Below, in pieces: positions 9,058 to 21,884 of a stretch of 64,000 bases of DNA (within the stretch, counting starts at the first letter, position 1; each line of letters starts with the position of its first letter). The notes beneath the pieces were generated by a model. The model saw only the letters and a list, made by a program, of their open reading frames with translations. It made no database searches and had not been told where the DNA came from. The position numbers and the translations under genes are program-made. The DNA is taken from contig JAIROS010000002.1 of assembly GCA_031257405.1 (NCBI GenBank), positions 10,512 through 74,511 on the forward strand, in the 5' to 3' direction. The DNA comes from Puniceicoccales bacterium. Lineage in GTDB: Bacteria > Verrucomicrobiota > Verrucomicrobiia > Opitutales > LL51.

Positions 9058-12000
9058 TTAATACGCATAAACCTCTTCCTCCTCCGGTACATCTTCCCTA
9101 ATCTGAATTTCTTCGCCCTCCTCGGCTAATGTATGAATTTTTAAGCGCCGGTACGCCGGTAACCCGCTTCCCGCAGGAATTAAATGGCCCATGATCACGT
9201 TCTCCTTGAACCCACGCAACTCGTCAATCCGACCCAGCGTCGCCGCATCCGTCAGTACCCGCGTCGTCTCCTGGAACGACGCCGCCGAAATGAAACTCTC
9301 CGTCTCCAACGAAGACTTCGTTATTCCCAAAAGTACGGGCTCCGCCTCCGCCGGCTTACCCCCCGCTTCAGTAATCTCCTCGTTCTTCTCAAGAAATAAA
9401 TCCTTCTCAATCTGCTCCCCCCAAAAGAAATCCGAATCACCCGGATCAATAATCCTCACCTTGCGTAACATCCGCGCCACAATTAATTCAATGTGCTTGT
9501 CGTTGATCGTCACCCCCTGTAACCGATAAACTTTCTGTACCTCCGAAATTAAATACTCCTGTACCGCCGATATACCCAAAATATTTAGAATTTCATGGGG
9601 ATCCGCTACCCCCTCCGTCAAATTTTGACCGCGATTTACAAAATCCCCCTCGTGAACCACTAAATGAATGCCGTGCGGTATGAGATGCTCTTCGCGCCGC
9701 CCCGTCTCCGTATCCGTTACCCATATGCGCCGCTTGTTCCGAATCATCCCACCAAAAGCAACTACACCATCAATCTTAGCCATCTCCGCAGCCTCCTTCG
9801 GCCGACGCGCCTCAAATAATTCCGCTACCCGCGGCAATCCACCCGTGATATCCTGCGTCTTCGAAGCTGACCGCGGCGTCTTCGCCAATAGCGCCCCACC
9901 GGAAATCTGATTGCCCTCGTCAACCAATACCTGCGCACCCGTCGGAATCGCATAAGCCCCAATCACACGCTCCTCACCCCGCTCCTCCGATATAATCTCA
10001 ATGGTCGGCGTCAATTCCTCCTTGTGCTCCACCACTACCGTCGTAATCCGCCCACTCGCCTCGTCAATGTCCCGCTTAATCGTAATGCCCGAAAGAATAT
10101 CCCGGAAACGTATACGCCCCGAAAATTCAGCAATAATCGGCACATGATGCGGATCCCAAGCCGCCAAAAGCTCGTCCTTCTTAACCGCTTCCCCGTCCGC
10201 CTGCAATAACACCGTCCCCGGAACAATCGTATAGCGCTCCGCCTCGTGACCCTTCCGATCCAATAAAACCAAATGTCCCGTCTTATTCAATACAATACTT
10301 GCCCCGTCCGCCGTGCGTACAAAACGTAACCCCTCCTGCCGAACCGTACCATCCACCTTCGCCCGATACTCCGGCGCCTTTAAAACTTGACTCGCGACCC
10401 CACCCATGTGAAACGTCCGCATCGTCAATTGCGTCCCCGGTTCACCAATGGACTGCGCCGCAATAATCCCTACAGCCGACCCACTCGCTACCATACTGTT
10501 CGTCGCCGGATCAATGCCGTAGGCAACCGAAGGAATGCCATTGCGCTTCATACCGGTCAGTGGTGACAAAACTTTTACACGCTCAATCCCCGCATCATTA
10601 ATCTTCTTCGCCACATCCGCCGTAATTAGCCCCCCAGCAACCACAAATTTCTCCTCCTCATTAAGCGGATTATTAATGTCCTCCGCCGCACAACGCCCAG
10701 TAATGCGCTCCTGTAAACCCACGATCTCCTCGTCGCCATCCATAATCGCTTGCTTCCAAATCCCATTGCGACAACCATCGTCCTCGCAGGATACAATGCA
10801 GTCCATCGCCACATCGCATAATTTGCGCGTCATGTACCCCGCATCCGCCGTCTTCAACGCCACATCCGCTAAGCCCTTGCGCGCCCCGTGGGTCGAAATA
10901 AAATACTCCATCACCGATAATCCCTCGCGAAAGGAAGATAAAATCGGCCGCTCAATGATTTCGCCCGACGGCTTCGCCATTAAACCGCGCATGCCACACA
11001 ACTGGCGTACCTGCTGGCGATTCCCCCGCGCCCCAGAATCCATCATCAGATAAACCGGATTAATATAGTCCTTGTGCTCGTTCTCCATCAGCCGGTCAAA
11101 TACCACTTGCGCTACCTCGTCCGTCGCATTGGTCCAAATGTCAATAATCTTATTATAGCGCTCGCCAGAAGTAATAATCCCCCTGCGAAATTGCGCATCG
11201 ACATCCTCCACCTTCCGCCGCGCCCCAGCAATAATATCGACCTTCTCCGCCGGAACAATCATGTCACTGACCCCAATGGATAACCCCGCTTTCATCGCCG
11301 TGTGAAACCCGAGATTCTTCAGCCGGTCAAGCATGAAAACCGCCTCCCTCTGCCCCGCAACCTTGTAGGTCCCCATAATGAGGTCGCTCAACATCCCCTT
11401 GCCTACGGAAAAATTAATAAAACCTAAAGATTTTGGAAAAATTTGGTTAAAAATAACGCGGCCCACGGTCGTCCTAATAACGCGATCCTTCGCATTGCCG
11501 TAGCGCGTCACCCTGCCGTAATCGGGATTTGCCAAATAAATCCAGTGCTGCTTCGTCACCACACCCTGCGCCTCCGCCATCAATACCTCCTCCACGTTCC
11601 CCATCAACGGAATACGCCCCTCCCGCGACTTCGGCTCGTAAGTCAAATAATACACACCCAAAATAATGTCCTGCGAAGGCGTCAAAATCGGCTTGCCACT
11701 CGACGGCGAAAACATATTTTGCGTCGCCATCATCAATAATTTACATTCCATGACCGCCTCGATCGATAGCGGGACGTGCACCGCCATCTGGTCCCCGTCA
11801 AAATCCGCATTGAAAGGCGTACACACCAGCGGATGTAAACGAATGGCCTCCCCCTCAATTAAAATGGGCTCAAAAGCTTGGATCGATAGGCGATGTAACG
11901 TCGGCGCGCGGTTCAAAAGAATCGGATGCTCCCGCGTTACCTCCTCCAAAATATCCCATACCTCCGGATCCTGCCGCTCAATCATCTTGCGCGCACTGCG

Positions 12001-13203
12001 TACCGTGTGCACAAATCCTAACTCCCGTAACCGCCGAATAATAAACGGTTCAAACAGTACAAGCGCCATCTTTTTGGGCAGCCCACATTGATGCAATTTC
12101 AGCTCCGGACCAATCACAATCACCGAACGCCCACTGTAATCGACCCGCTTCCCTAACAAATTCTGCCGGAAACGCCCCTGCTTTCCCTTGAGCATGTCGC
12201 CCAAAGATTTCAGCGGACGATTCCCCGCCCCTAAAATCGCTTTTCCGTGGCGACCATTGTCAAATAGCGCGTCCACCGCCTCCTGCAACATCCGCATCTC
12301 ATTGTGTACAATCACATCCGGCGTTTTCAATTGCATCAAACTCTTCAAACGACCATTGCGATTAATTACCCGACGATACAAATCATTCAAATCACTCGTC
12401 GCAAAACGCCCCCCATCAAGCGGAACTAAAGGCCGCAAATCGGGCGGTAATACCGGCAGCGCCTCCAAAATCATCCACTCCGGACGTACCCCGGATCGTA
12501 AAAATCCCGATACCAATTTGAGCCGCCGAGCTAATTTTTTCTTCATCTGCTTCGAATTCGACGCGTACATCTCCTCCTGAATGTTGTAAATCATCTCCTC
12601 CAAATCCATCTCCGATAAAATCTCGCGAATCGCTACCGCCCCCATCTTCGCCACAAATGCATCGTCCCCATACTCCCCGCGTAACCGCTCGTACTCCTGC
12701 TCCAAAATTAATTGGCGCTTCTTCAGCGGCGTCATCCCCGGGTCCGTCACCATGTAACTCTCATAGTAAATCACTTTTTCAATGTCCCGCACCGACATGT
12801 CAAGGAATAATCCCAAACGGCTCGGTAAACTCTTTAAAAACCAAATGTGGGCAATGGGAACCGCTAACTCCACATGCCCCATCCGCTCGCGACGTACCCG
12901 CGAAAGCGTAATCTCTACCCCACAACGATCACAAATTACCCCCTTGTACTTAATGCGCTTGTACTTCCCACAAGCACACTCGTAATCCTTGGTGGGCCCA
13001 AATATCTTCTGGCAAAAAAGTCCGCCCGGCTCCGGCTTAAAAGTACGATAATTAATGGTCTCCGGATTCTTAATCTCCCCGCTCGACCAGGAACGAATCG
13101 CATCCGGCGAAGCAACCGATATGGCTACCATATCAAAGTCGCTACTCTGATCTAACCCCAAAAACTCCTTTACTTTCTCCGTACTCATGTCAAATTTTTT
13201 CAT
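9058..13203 (-). CDS. rpoC: DNA-directed RNA polymerase beta-prime subunit
   Basis: 1381-aa ORF with the catalytic [16 protein letters not shown] motif and the zinc-binding CxC...CxxC N-terminus. An alternative ATG at 13188 abuts the rpoB stop. Confidence 0.98.
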   Translation of the reverse strand: MKKFDMSTEKVKEFLGLDQSSDFDMVAISVASPDAIRSWSSGEIKNPETINYRTFKPEPGGLFCQKIFGPTKDYECACGKYKRIKYKGVICDRCGVEITLSRVRRERMGHVELAVPIAHIWFLKSLPSRLGLFLDMSVRDIEKVIYYESYMVTDPGMTPLKKRQLILEQEYERLRGEYGDDAFVAKMGAVAIREILSEMDLEEMIYNIQEEMYASNSKQMKKKLARRLKLVSGFLRSGVRPEWMILEALPVLPPDLRPLVPLDGGRFATSDLNDLYRRVINRNGRLKSLMQLKTPDVIVHNEMRMLQEAVDALFDNGRHGKAILGAGNRPLKSLGDMLKGKQGRFRQNLLGKRVDYSGRSVIVIGPELKLHQCGLPKKMALVLFEPFIIRRLRELGFVHTVRSARKMIERQDPEVWDILEEVTREHPILLNRAPTLHRLSIQAFEPILIEGEAIRLHPLVCTPFNADFDGDQMAVHVPLSIEAVMECKLLMMATQNMFSPSSGKPILTPSQDIILGVYYLTYEPKSREGRIPLMGNVEEVLMAEAQGVVTKQHWIYLANPDYGRVTRYGNAKDRVIRTTVGRVIFNQIFPKSLGFINFSVGKGMLSDLIMGTYKVAGQREAVFMLDRLKNLGFHTAMKAGLSIGVSDMIVPAEKVDIIAGARRKVEDVDAQFRRGIITSGERYNKIIDIWTNATDEVAQVVFDRLMENEHKDYINPVYLMMDSGARGNRQQVRQLCGMRGLMAKPSGEIIERPILSSFREGLSVMEYFISTHGARKGLADVALKTADAGYMTRKLCDVAMDCIVSCEDDGCRNGIWKQAIMDGDEEIVGLQERITGRCAAEDINNPLNEEEKFVVAGGLITADVAKKINDAGIERVKVLSPLTGMKRNGIPSVAYGIDPATNSMVASGSAVGIIAAQSIGEPGTQLTMRTFHMGGVASQVLKAPEYRAKVDGTVRQEGLRFVRTADGASIVLNKTGHLVLLDRKGHEAERYTIVPGTVLLQADGEAVKKDELLAAWDPHHVPIIAEFSGRIRFRDILSGITIKRDIDEASGRITTVVVEHKEELTPTIEIISEERGEERVIGAYAIPTGAQVLVDEGNQISGGALLAKTPRSASKTQDITGGLPRVAELFEARRPKEAAEMAKIDGVVAFGGMIRNKRRIWVTDTETGRREEHLIPHGIHLVVHEGDFVNRGQNLTEGVADPHEILNILGISAVQEYLISEVQKVYRLQGVTINDKHIELIVARMLRKVRIIDPGDSDFFWGEQIEKDLFLEKNEEITEAGGKPAEAEPVLLGITKSSLETESFISAASFQETTRVLTDAATLGRIDELRGFKENVIMGHLIPAGSGLPAYRRLKIHTLAEEGEEIQIREDVPEEEEVYAY

Positions 13204-16200
13204 GCTCCGCGTAAATCTCGTTATGTTCCAAACGAATATCGAGACACAAACTCTGGATCTCCTTCATCAAAACATTAAACGACTGCGGCACGCCCGCTTG
13301 CAGCGATCGATCGCCCTTTACCAGCGATTCGTAAGCCTTCGTCCGCCCCTGGACGTCGTCGGATTTCACCGTCAACATCTCCTGCAGCGTGTAAGCCGCA
13401 CCGTACGCCTCAAGCGCCCAAACTTCCATCTCCCCAAATCGCTGCCCACCATACTGCGCTTTCCCCCCAAGGGGCTGCTGCGTAACCAGACTATAAGGCC
13501 CGACCGCACGCGCGTGAATTTTGTCCGCCACCAGGTGATTGAGCTTCATCATGTAAATATAGCCCACGACCACTTCCTGATCGAAGCGCTCCCCCGTTCG
13601 CCCGTCAAACAATACACTTTTACCGCTTTCGGGCAAATTCGCCTTCTCCAAATACTCGCGGATCTGCGACTCCGGCATCCCGTCAAATACGGGCGTCGCA
13701 ATTTTTATGCCCAATTTTTCACACGCCCAACCCAGATGCGTCTCCAAAACCTGCCCGACATTCATCCGACTCGGCACCCCAAGCGGATTCAAAATAATAT
13801 CGACGGGCGTCCCATCCGGTAAAAATGGCATGTCCTCGCTGTGCACAATCTTCGACACCACACCCTTATTGCCGTGGCGCCCCGCCATCTTATCGCCGAC
13901 GTGAATTTTTCGTTTATTGGCGACGTAAACTTTTACATTTTTAATCACGCCACTCTCCGCCATGTCGCCCGCTTCGATCGCCTCAATCCGCTGCAAACGC
14001 TCGTTTTCCAGGTCAATAAACTTCTGCCGATAGGCGTCAACAATCTCCAAAATGCGGTTCTTAACCGGCGAAGCGGGGATTTCCAACGCATCAAAACATG
14101 CCGCAATGCGGCGCAATAACGTCTTCGTAATCTTGCGATTCGCCGCGATAATAGTCTCGCCCGTGTTCCTATTGGAAATATCGAGGGGAATTTTCTCCCC
14201 AAGCAGTATGCTCGAAAGCGACTCCGTCAAATCATCCTGCAATTTGTCCAGCTGGCTCCGAAATTCTTCATTCGTCTTCTTTACAAAACGGCGCACGTCC
14301 GAATCAGTCATATCCTCTTTTTCATGGCCAATATTGCTGGAAAATTTTACATCCATTACAATTCCTTCACACCCCGGCGGCACCACTAGCGACGTGTCCT
14401 TCACATCCGACGCCTTTTCCCCAAAAATCGCACGCAATAACTTCTCCTCGGGGACCAAATCCGTTTCGCTCTTCGGCGTAATCTTCCCCACCAATATGTC
14501 GCCGGCCTTGACCTCCGCGCCAATGCGTACAACGCCATCGCGATTCAAATCCTTGAGCGCCAAATCACTCATATTGGGAATGTCGCGCGTGATCTCCTCC
14601 GCCCCTAACTTCGTGTCGCGCGCCACCACCTCAAATTCCTCGATGTGGACCGACGTAAAAATATCCTCCTTAACCAAACGATCACTTAAAATAATCGCAT
14701 CCTGGAAATTATAACCATTCCACGGCATAAACGCTACCAAAACATTGCGCCCCAACGCTAACTCGCCACAGTCCGTACCCGCACCGTCAGCTAATACGTC
14801 GCCCGCCTTGACCGCCTGCCCCTTGCTCACAATCGGCCGCTGATTAAAACAGGTCGTCGAGTTGGAACGGATGAATTTTCGCAAATTATAAACATAAATA
14901 CCCGCCGCTGGATTCCCCTTGGGATCCAATTTCTTGGGCATCGTACCATCCTTCGTCACCACAATGCGCGCCGCCACCACCGAAGCTACAACGCCATCCG
15001 CCGCCGCTAGCACCACACTTCTCGAATCCACCGCTACCCGCCGCTCAAGCCCAGTCCCTACAAAAGGCGCCTCCGGCGATAATAATGGTACCCCCTGCCG
15101 CTGCATATTCGACCCCATCAGCGCCCGCGACGTGTCATCGTGCTCCAAAAACGGTATCAAACCCGCCGCCACAGAAATCACCTGCTTCGGCGAAACATCC
15201 ATGTAATCAACCTGCGCCCCCTCAACTTCCAAAAATATATCCCGCTGCCGCGCCGCAATATTCCCCACCAAATTCCCGTCGCCGTCGATTTCCGAATTAG
15301 CCTGCGCAATTATACTATCCCCCTCATCGGTAGCATCCAAATAAACAATTTCCTCGGTCACCTTCCCGCCGCGTACCACCCGATAGGGCGTCTCAATAAA
15401 CCCAAATTCGTTGACGCGCGCAAACGTACTCAGGGAATTAATCAAGCCAATATTCGGCCCTTCCGGCGTCTCGATCGGACAAATGCGGCCATAGTGGGAC
15501 GCATGCACATCGCGCACCTCAAAACCCGCTCGCTCACGACTTAAACCACCCGGCCCTAACGCCGATAAACGCCGCTTGTGCGCCAATTCCGAAAGCGGAT
15601 TGATCTGATCCATAAACTGGGATAGCTGGCTGCGTGTGAAAAAATCGCGAATCGCTCCCATGAAAATTTTCGGATTGACCAGCTTCTGCGGAACAATCGT
15701 ATCCACGCTGTTGTCAAATAGCGCCATCCGCTCCCGAATGAGACGCTCCATCCGCCCTAACCCAGAACGACACTGGTTGACCAGCAGCTCCCCGACATTC
15801 CTGATGCGGCGATTCCCCAAATGATCAATATCGTCCGTGTACTCCTCGCCCTTCTTCAGACGGCATAAAAATTTCGTCGCCTCGACGATATCCACCGTAT
15901 CGATCAGGCGATTCTCCAAATCCTTATTTAATTTCAGGCGCTGATTCATTTTTTTCCGCCCCACGCGCCCCAGATCGTAGCGCTTCCGCTCAAAAAATAA
16001 ACGCGACATCGTCCCATTCGCATTATTCGCCGTCACCGGCTCGCCCGGCCGCAAACGTTTGTAAATTTCGCGTAAAGCATCCTCCGTATTTTTCGCCGGA
16101 TCCCGCTTCAGCGTGCGAATAATTAAACCATCATCCGCCGCCACATTGACCACCTCCAAATGATCAATGCCCGCCATCTCAAACGCCTGCAGTAACCCCT

Positions 16201-16966
16201 TCGACAACGCTTCGTGGGCCCGCGCCAATACAATCCCCTCCTTCGCATCCACCACATCGTCGATCAAAACATAGTTCGCTAACTTAGCGTTAACCCTAAA
16301 AGATGTCAATTTTTTATTCTCGATTCTATAAAAAAGATTTAAAATTTCCTGATCCGAACCATTGCCAAATGCCCGTAAAAGCGTCGTCAATAAAAATTTT
16401 CGGCGGCGGCGGCGGCGATCCAAATACACGTAGAGCAAATCATTTTGGTCAAATTGCACCTCAAGCCAAGTCCCGCGATCCGGTATGATCCGAAAAGCGT
16501 GGAGCAATTTCCCACTCGCATGCAACGTCTCCTCAAAACAAATCCCCGGCGAACGATGTAACTGGCTGACCACTACCCGCTCCGCACCATTAATTACAAA
16601 CGATCCGCGCCCGCCCATCATCGGCAATTCACCAAAATAAATCTCCTCCTCGCGCATCTCCCCGCCCTCGCATAGCCGCAAAGTGACGTACAGCGACCCC
16701 GCATAAGTCGTCCCGTCGCGCACGCAAAAATCCTCATTGTGCCTGGGCTCGCAGACCCGAAAGGTAACATACTCCAACCGACACTTCCCATCGTAACTCT
16801 CAACGGGAAAAAAATCACGGAACGCGCTCTCTAAGCCAATATTTTTCCGACTCCCGGCGGCCACATCGCTCTGTAAAAATTCCCGAAACGAATTGATCTG
16901 ATTTTCTATGAAATCAGGCGGACAAATCACCTCCCTGAGCCTACCAAAATTAATCCTATCAGTCAT
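13190..16966 (-). CDS. rpoB: DNA-directed RNA polymerase beta subunit
   Basis: The ORF track gives 13190..17047. Homology starts at [13 protein letters not shown] (ATG at 16966). Motifs include [24 protein letters not shown]. Confidence 0.97.
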   Translation of the reverse strand: MTDRINFGRLREVICPPDFIENQINSFREFLQSDVAAGSRKNIGLESAFRDFFPVESYDGKCRLEYVTFRVCEPRHNEDFCVRDGTTYAGSLYVTLRLCEGGEMREEEIYFGELPMMGGRGSFVINGAERVVVSQLHRSPGICFEETLHASGKLLHAFRIIPDRGTWLEVQFDQNDLLYVYLDRRRRRRKFLLTTLLRAFGNGSDQEILNLFYRIENKKLTSFRVNAKLANYVLIDDVVDAKEGIVLARAHEALSKGLLQAFEMAGIDHLEVVNVAADDGLIIRTLKRDPAKNTEDALREIYKRLRPGEPVTANNANGTMSRLFFERKRYDLGRVGRKKMNQRLKLNKDLENRLIDTVDIVEATKFLCRLKKGEEYTDDIDHLGNRRIRNVGELLVNQCRSGLGRMERLIRERMALFDNSVDTIVPQKLVNPKIFMGAIRDFFTRSQLSQFMDQINPLSELAHKRRLSALGPGGLSRERAGFEVRDVHASHYGRICPIETPEGPNIGLINSLSTFARVNEFGFIETPYRVVRGGKVTEEIVYLDATDEGDSIIAQANSEIDGDGNLVGNIAARQRDIFLEVEGAQVDYMDVSPKQVISVAAGLIPFLEHDDTSRALMGSNMQRQGVPLLSPEAPFVGTGLERRVAVDSRSVVLAAADGVVASVVAARIVVTKDGTMPKKLDPKGNPAAGIYVYNLRKFIRSNSTTCFNQRPIVSKGQAVKAGDVLADGAGTDCGELALGRNVLVAFMPWNGYNFQDAIILSDRLVKEDIFTSVHIEEFEVVARDTKLGAEEITRDIPNMSDLALKDLNRDGVVRIGAEVKAGDILVGKITPKSETDLVPEEKLLRAIFGEKASDVKDTSLVVPPGCEGIVMDVKFSSNIGHEKEDMTDSDVRRFVKKTNEEFRSQLDKLQDDLTESLSSILLGEKIPLDISNRNTGETIIAANRKITKTLLRRIAACFDALEIPASPVKNRILEIVDAYRQKFIDLENERLQRIEAIEAGDMAESGVIKNVKVYVANKRKIHVGDKMAGRHGNKGVVSKIVHSEDMPFLPDGTPVDIILNPLGVPSRMNVGQVLETHLGWACEKLGIKIATPVFDGMPESQIREYLEKANLPESGKSVLFDGRTGERFDQEVVVGYIYMMKLNHLVADKIHARAVGPYSLVTQQPLGGKAQYGGQRFGEMEVWALEAYGAAYTLQEMLTVKSDDVQGRTKAYESLVKGDRSLQAGVPQSFNVLMKEIQSLCLDIRLEHNEIYAEHEKI

Positions 16967-17076
16967 ATAATACGCAATCCTTGTTAACGAAAAATTTACA
17001 CGCAAAAACAGCCTTGTGAATTCCGTACGTCCTCCACAAAACTGCACAAACCCAATTCAATAAAAACACAATCCAA

Positions 17077-17460
17077 TTACTTGAGTTCCACTTTCGCGCC
17101 CGCCGCTTCCAATTTTTTCTTCATCTCCTCGGCGTCGGCTTTGGAAATTCCTTCCTTGACAGGTTTCGGCGCCCCCTCGACGAGCTCTTTGGCCTCCTTT
17201 AAACCAAGCCCCGTAATCGCCCGCACCTCCTTGATGACGTTAATTTTGTTGTCCCCAGCGGACGTCAAAATGATGTCAAATTCCGTTTTTTCCTCGACGA
17301 CCTCGGCCGCCCCACCCCCAACGGGTACGGCAACCGCCGCCACCGGAGCACTCGCACTCACACCCCATTTTTCCTCCAGGGCCTTTACCAGTCCGGCGAT
17401 CTCCAAAACAGATTGCGCACTTAACCACTCTATAACTTGATCCTTTGTAATACTTGTCAT
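17077..17460 (-). CDS. rplL: 50S ribosomal protein L7/L12
   Basis: 127-aa ORF with an Ala/Gly hinge and the C-terminal domain [54 protein letters not shown] Shine-Dalgarno sequence lies upstream. Confidence 0.97.
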   Translation of the reverse strand: MTSITKDQVIEWLSAQSVLEIAGLVKALEEKWGVSASAPVAAVAVPVGGGAAEVVEEKTEFDIILTSAGDNKINVIKEVRAITGLGLKEAKELVEGAPKPVKEGISKADAEEMKKKLEAAGAKVELK

Positions 17461-17550
17461 TTTCTATCCTCCCGAAACAGATTTAGCGGCGAACATCGCC
17501 ATTTAAGAGGAAGCCTCCTAAACCCATTTCTTAAAAAAATTTTAAAAATA

Positions 17551-18069
17551 TTAGTCCCCTCTCGCCCTCGCCTGCAAAACATTGACCATGCCCTGCGGAA
17601 CGGCATTTAACACGCATACCAACTGCTGCGCCGGCGCGTTAAATAATGCTAAAATCTGCGCGCGCAATACATCAAGGGACGGCAACTCAGATAATGCCCT
17701 AATTTCGCTGACCTCGAGCGGTACTTTGGCCAATACACCGCCCTTAATGCCCATTTTTTCCTCATTATCCTTGGAAAATTTGCATAAAACTTTCGCCACA
17801 CCCGAAGGATCTTCGCCACCCATCACAATCGCCGTATGCCCCTCAAAATACCCGTCGCTCAGCCCCAAACAACCATTCGCTTCAAGCGCAAGCTTCAAAA
17901 TGCTATTCTTAACAACGTGGCACTCCGCCCCATTCTGACGTAAATTCTTGCGAAGCGCAGAAATAGCCGCGACCGTCACTCGGGAAAAATCCGCGAAATA
18001 AACATAGTCCGACTTGCAAAGATGATTGAAAACTTCCTCAACTAAAAACTTCTTCTCCGCCCTCATCAC
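17551..18069 (-). CDS. rplJ: 50S ribosomal protein L10
   Basis: 172-aa ORF in the conserved position between L1 and L7/L12, with L10-like sequence (F.DF..VTV..IS.LR..LR..G....VVKN). Confidence 0.9.
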   Translation of the reverse strand: MMRAEKKFLVEEVFNHLCKSDYVYFADFSRVTVAAISALRKNLRQNGAECHVVKNSILKLALEANGCLGLSDGYFEGHTAIVMGGEDPSGVAKVLCKFSKDNEEKMGIKGGVLAKVPLEVSEIRALSELPSLDVLRAQILALFNAPAQQLVCVLNAVPQGMVNVLQARARGD

Positions 18070-18076
18070 TCTCCTC

Positions 18077-18775
18077 CTAAACCGCCCCGTAAATGCCCTG
18101 CCCTAACTTAATGCCCGGCGTCATGGTCCCGCTTAACGAAATATTTTTTATGAAATTACCCGAAATACTCGCAGGCTTGGCCCTCAAAATCGCATCAATC
18201 GCCGCCCCTACGTTCTCAACCAACTTCTCAGCCATAAATGACCGCTTCCCCACTACAACTGCCATGTTCGCCGTCTTGTCCATCTTAAATTCTACGCGCC
18301 CAGCCTTAATATCCCGCACCGCTCCAGCAATGTCCTCCGAAACCGTCCCCGACTTCGGATTCGGCATCACCCCACGCGGCCCAAGAATCCGCGCCACATT
18401 CCGTACCTGCCGCATCGCAGAAGGCGTCGCAATCGCTACGTCAAAATCTAACCACCCCGACTGAACCTTCTCTAAAAAATCTTCCAACCCAGCAAAATCC
18501 GCCCCCGCCATAATCGCCTCCTCCGGCTTCTCCGTAAATACGAGAACCCGCACCCGCTTCCCACTCCCATTCGGTAAACTCACTACCCCGCGCACCATCT
18601 GATCACTCTGCTTCGGATCAACCCCAAGATGAATCGATAACTCAACCGTCTCGTCAAAACGCGCCCGCGGCATCCGCCCAAGTAACGCAATGGCCTCCTC
18701 AATGGAAAAACATTGGCCCAAATCACCAACTTCCCTCCCCTTCTCTTGACGCCTACTCCGCTTTTTCATAAACAA
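18077..18775 (-). CDS. rplA: 50S ribosomal protein L1
   Basis: 232-aa ORF with L1 motifs (FDETVELSIHLGVDPKQSDQ.VRG.V.LP.G.GK..RV.VF; LGPRG.MPNPK.GTV). Confidence 0.96.
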   Translation of the reverse strand: MFMKKRSRRQEKGREVGDLGQCFSIEEAIALLGRMPRARFDETVELSIHLGVDPKQSDQMVRGVVSLPNGSGKRVRVLVFTEKPEEAIMAGADFAGLEDFLEKVQSGWLDFDVAIATPSAMRQVRNVARILGPRGVMPNPKSGTVSEDIAGAVRDIKAGRVEFKMDKTANMAVVVGKRSFMAEKLVENVGAAIDAILRAKPASISGNFIKNISLSGTMTPGIKLGQGIYGAV

Positions 18776-18841
18776 ATTATAAATAGGGCTAGGGCAATTT
18801 TCACCACTGTCAAGCTATTTCTAAATATTTTTTCCATATAT

Positions 18842-19267
18842 TTACGCCACAACCTCAATCCCCATACTCCGCGCCGTCCCCATAACCATCCTCACCGCCG
18901 CTTCCAAATCCTCCGCATTGAGATCCGCCCGCTTCGTCTCCGCAATCTCCTCCAACTGCCGACGCGTCACCTTCCCAACCTTCGCTCGATTGGGTACCGC
19001 CGACCCCTTGCTAACCCCCGCCGCCTTCTGCAATAATACCGACGCCGGCGGCGATTTTAACTCAAACGTAAACGAACGATCCGCATATACAGAAATAACC
19101 GCCGGAATAATCATCCCCGCCATGTCCTTCGTCCGCGCATTGAATTCCTTGCAAAAACCCATAATGTTCACCCCAGCCGAACCTAACGCCGGCCCTACCG
19201 GTGGCGCCGGATTCGCCGCACCAGCCGGCAACTGTAATTTAATTTGCTTTACCACTTTTTTCGCCAT
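18842..19267 (-). CDS. rplK: 50S ribosomal protein L11
   Basis: 141-aa ORF ([34 protein letters not shown]). Confidence 0.97.
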   Translation of the reverse strand: MAKKVVKQIKLQLPAGAANPAPPVGPALGSAGVNIMGFCKEFNARTKDMAGMIIPAVISVYADRSFTFELKSPPASVLLQKAAGVSKGSAVPNRAKVGKVTRRQLEEIAETKRADLNAEDLEAAVRMVMGTARSMGIEVVA

Positions 19268-19271
19268 AACT

Positions 19272-19844
19272 TTACCCTCTCATTAACTCCGCTTGCCAAA
19301 ATTCTAACTCAACGGGCACGTCCCGCCCAAATAAAGATACCGAAATTTGCATCTTCCCATTCTCCAAATCAATCGCCATTACCTCGCCTATCGACTCCAC
19401 AAACGGCCCATCCGTCACCTTTACCCGGGCGCCAACCCCAAATTCTACCCGCTGCACCGGCGCCGCTCCAATGCTGGCCTTCGCCTGATCCAAAATCCGT
19501 ACCACCTCCTCCTCCCGCAGCGGAACCGGCCGCTCGCCACCTACAAAATTCAATACCCCCTGGGCATTGCGCACGAAATACCACGGCGATTGGAGTAACT
19601 TTTCCTCCTCATCGTACAACTTCATCCGCACAAATACGTACCCCGGATAAAATTTTTTTACACGATTGTAACGTTTGCCATTCTTGATCTCCACTACCCG
19701 CTCCGACGGCACCAAAACTTCGTCGATCGCAACGCCTTCGTGGACCGCAAATTTGTCGAGATACGCCTTTACTTTGGCCTCCTGATTGGAAAAAACCTGC
19801 AGAGCGTACCAACGCGAATCCTGTACCGAAAGCACCATAACCAT
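19272..19844 (-). CDS. nusG: Transcription termination/antitermination factor NusG
   Basis: 190-aa ORF with an NGN domain ([15 protein letters not shown]) and a C-terminal KOW (G..V.V.DGPF....G.V). It sits in the slot between secE and rplK. Confidence 0.94.
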   Translation of the reverse strand: MVMVLSVQDSRWYALQVFSNQEAKVKAYLDKFAVHEGVAIDEVLVPSERVVEIKNGKRYNRVKKFYPGYVFVRMKLYDEEEKLLQSPWYFVRNAQGVLNFVGGERPVPLREEEVVRILDQAKASIGAAPVQRVEFGVGARVKVTDGPFVESIGEVMAIDLENGKMQISVSLFGRDVPVELEFWQAELMRG

Positions 19845-19847
19845 AAA

Positions 19848-20066
19848 CTAATCCCCTAGCCGGCCCCGTACCCAACCACTGAAAAGATCAAAAACGTGGA
19901 GCAATGAAAAATCCACAATGGAAACGTAAATGCCCAAAAGCGCCATCCCAACCAAAACAACGGCCACATAGTGGCGCATTTCCTTCTGGTTCGGCCAAGA
20001 CGCCTTCTTCAGCTCGCCAACCATCTCGCCCCAAAATATACCTAACTTTCTTAATGGATTTTTCAT
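19848..20066 (-). CDS. secE: Preprotein translocase subunit SecE
   Basis: 72-aa ORF with one C-terminal transmembrane helix (HYVAVVLVGMALLGIYVSIVDF) and ELKK..WP motif, immediately upstream of nusG. Confidence 0.88.
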   Translation of the reverse strand: MKNPLRKLGIFWGEMVGELKKASWPNQKEMRHYVAVVLVGMALLGIYVSIVDFSLLHVFDLFSGWVRGRLGD

Positions 20067-20092
20067 TACTTTCCCTCTTTTTTACATTTTAT

Positions 20093-20168
20093 TGGCAGGA
20101 GAAGAGGGTCTCGAACCCCCAACCTACGGTTTTGGAGACCGTTGCTCTGCCAATTGAGCTATTCTCCT
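20093..20168 (-). tRNA. trnW: tRNA-Trp (anticodon CCA)
   Basis: Hand-folded cloverleaf from the reverse complement: AGGAGAA-TA-GCTC-AATTGGCA-GAGC-A-ACGGT-CTCCAAA-ACCGT-AGGTT-GGGGG-TTCGAGA-CCCTC-TTCTCCT-G-CCA. The tuf / tRNA-Trp / secE arrangement is the classical one. Confidence 0.93.
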
Positions 20169-20226
20169 CCGATCACTAATAAAAAAATATTTCTCGCCCC
20201 CTTCGTCAATCATTTTTTTACCAATT

Positions 20227-21417
20227 TTATTCCAAAATTTCCGTAATCCGACCCGCACCAATCGTCCGGCCGCCCTCGCGAATCGCAAAACGCTGCCCCC
20301 TCTCCATGGCGATTTTCTTTTGCAACTCAAGCGTCACATTCAAATTGTCCCCAGGCATCACCATCTCCGCATTCTCCGATAACGACACAATCCCCGTCAC
20401 ATCCGCCGTCCCAAAGAAAAATTGCGGCCGATAACCATTGAAAAATGGCGTGTGACGCCCCCCCTCATCCTTCGTCAAAACATAAATTTCCGCCTTCGCT
20501 TTGAAATGCGGCGTAATACTCTTGGGCTTCGCAATCACCTGCCCCCGCTCCACCTCCTTCTTCTCCAAACCGCGCAACAATAAACCGACATTGTCCCCCG
20601 CGCGCCCCTCATCCAGTAGCTTGCGGAACATCTCAACGCCCGTGCATGTCGTCTTCTTCGTATCGCCTAAACCTACAATTTCAACCTCTTCGCCAACTTT
20701 TACAATGCCCCGCTCAATGCGCCCCGTCGCAACCGTACCGCGCCCCGTAATCGAAAATACATCCTCAACGGCCATTAGAAAAGGCTTATCGATGTCGCGC
20801 TGCGGCTCGGGAATATCCCTGTCGAGTGCCTCCAAAAGCTTTCCGATCGCCTCCACGCCCTCCGATTTCCCCTCCAACGCCGCTAAAGCCGAACCGCGTA
20901 CCACCGTAATGTGATCGCCGTCAAACTCATACTTCGTCAATAAATCCCGCACCTCCATCTCAACCAAATCCAATAGTTCCGGATCGTCAAGAAGATCAAT
21001 TTTATTGAGAAAAACTACGATTTTTGGTACGCCGACCTGGCGCGCCAGCAGTATGTGCTCGCGGGTCTGAGGCATCGGCCCGTCCGCCGCACTCACAACC
21101 AAAATCGCTCCATCCATCTGCGCCGCCCCCGTAATCATATTCTTGACAAAATCCGCGTGCCCCGGACAGTCAACGTGCGCATAATGCCGCCTATCGCTCT
21201 GGTACTCGACGTGGGAAACGGCGATCGTCACCGTCTTCGTCGCGTCCCGAACAGTCCCACCCTTCGTGATATCGGCGTAGGACTTGAATTGCGCTAAGCC
21301 CTTGTCCGATTGCACTTTGACGAGCGCGGTAGTTAGAGTAGATTTACCGTGGTCGACGTGACCTATGGTACCCACATTGACGTGGGGTTTTGTCCTCTCA
21401 AAAGTTTCTTTTGCCAT
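20227..21417 (-). CDS. tuf: Elongation factor Tu
   Basis: 396-aa ORF ([26 protein letters not shown]...[26 protein letters not shown]...NK.D). A Shine-Dalgarno-like AAGGAAGAG lies upstream. Confidence 0.98.
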   Translation of the reverse strand: MAKETFERTKPHVNVGTIGHVDHGKSTLTTALVKVQSDKGLAQFKSYADITKGGTVRDATKTVTIAVSHVEYQSDRRHYAHVDCPGHADFVKNMITGAAQMDGAILVVSAADGPMPQTREHILLARQVGVPKIVVFLNKIDLLDDPELLDLVEMEVRDLLTKYEFDGDHITVVRGSALAALEGKSEGVEAIGKLLEALDRDIPEPQRDIDKPFLMAVEDVFSITGRGTVATGRIERGIVKVGEEVEIVGLGDTKKTTCTGVEMFRKLLDEGRAGDNVGLLLRGLEKKEVERGQVIAKPKSITPHFKAKAEIYVLTKDEGGRHTPFFNGYRPQFFFGTADVTGIVSLSENAEMVMPGDNLNVTLELQKKIAMERGQRFAIREGGRTIGAGRITEILE

Positions 21418-21457
21418 TAACTCTTCCTTTTCCTAAAATAATACAAAAAATTTACAA

Positions 21458-21533
<76 letters not shown>

Positions 21534-21639
21534 CCGACAGAGTCGAAATCCGCCGCGGGAGACATCACTTGACGACTCTCGGTTAGGAATTTGCGAATCG
21601 CAGGGCACTTGGTCAATCTTTATTTTGTATATTTGGTCT

Positions 21640-21884
21640 ATTTTTTTAATTGTCGAGTTTTCTCCGCCCCATTGGGCGATTTACGGCATAAAAAATCAAA
21701 AAAAGCAGATAAAGCATTTAAAAATAGAATAAAAAAATATCTCCAATCCAAAACAGTGGAGACTTCAAATCCGGAGCAGAAAATTTTTATCCGCCCCGGA
21801 TGAATTTTATTTAAATAAGTTTTACTTAATATTTAGATTTAGATGCCAGAAGCCCCCCTTCTGAAAGCCCCAATTCCGACCTAT
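21640..21884 (-). repeat. Ankyrin-cassette copy 0 (3'-flank of ank1; degenerate promoter half)
   Basis: Aligns by eye with the four other cassettes. It carries the hairpin ccggagcag...ccgccccgg (21771..21799), a CCATTGG box (21669..21675), and ttgtcgag in place of ctgtcaag. Confidence 0.8.

Noticed and set aside
13187-14714. 211-aa and 220-aa plus-strand ORFs (13187..13822 and 14052..14714) antisense to rpoB, and similar ORFs antisense to rpoC and fusA.
   Set aside because: They overlap universally conserved genes, have low-complexity Ser/Arg/Pro-rich translations, and have no start context. They are shadow ORFs.
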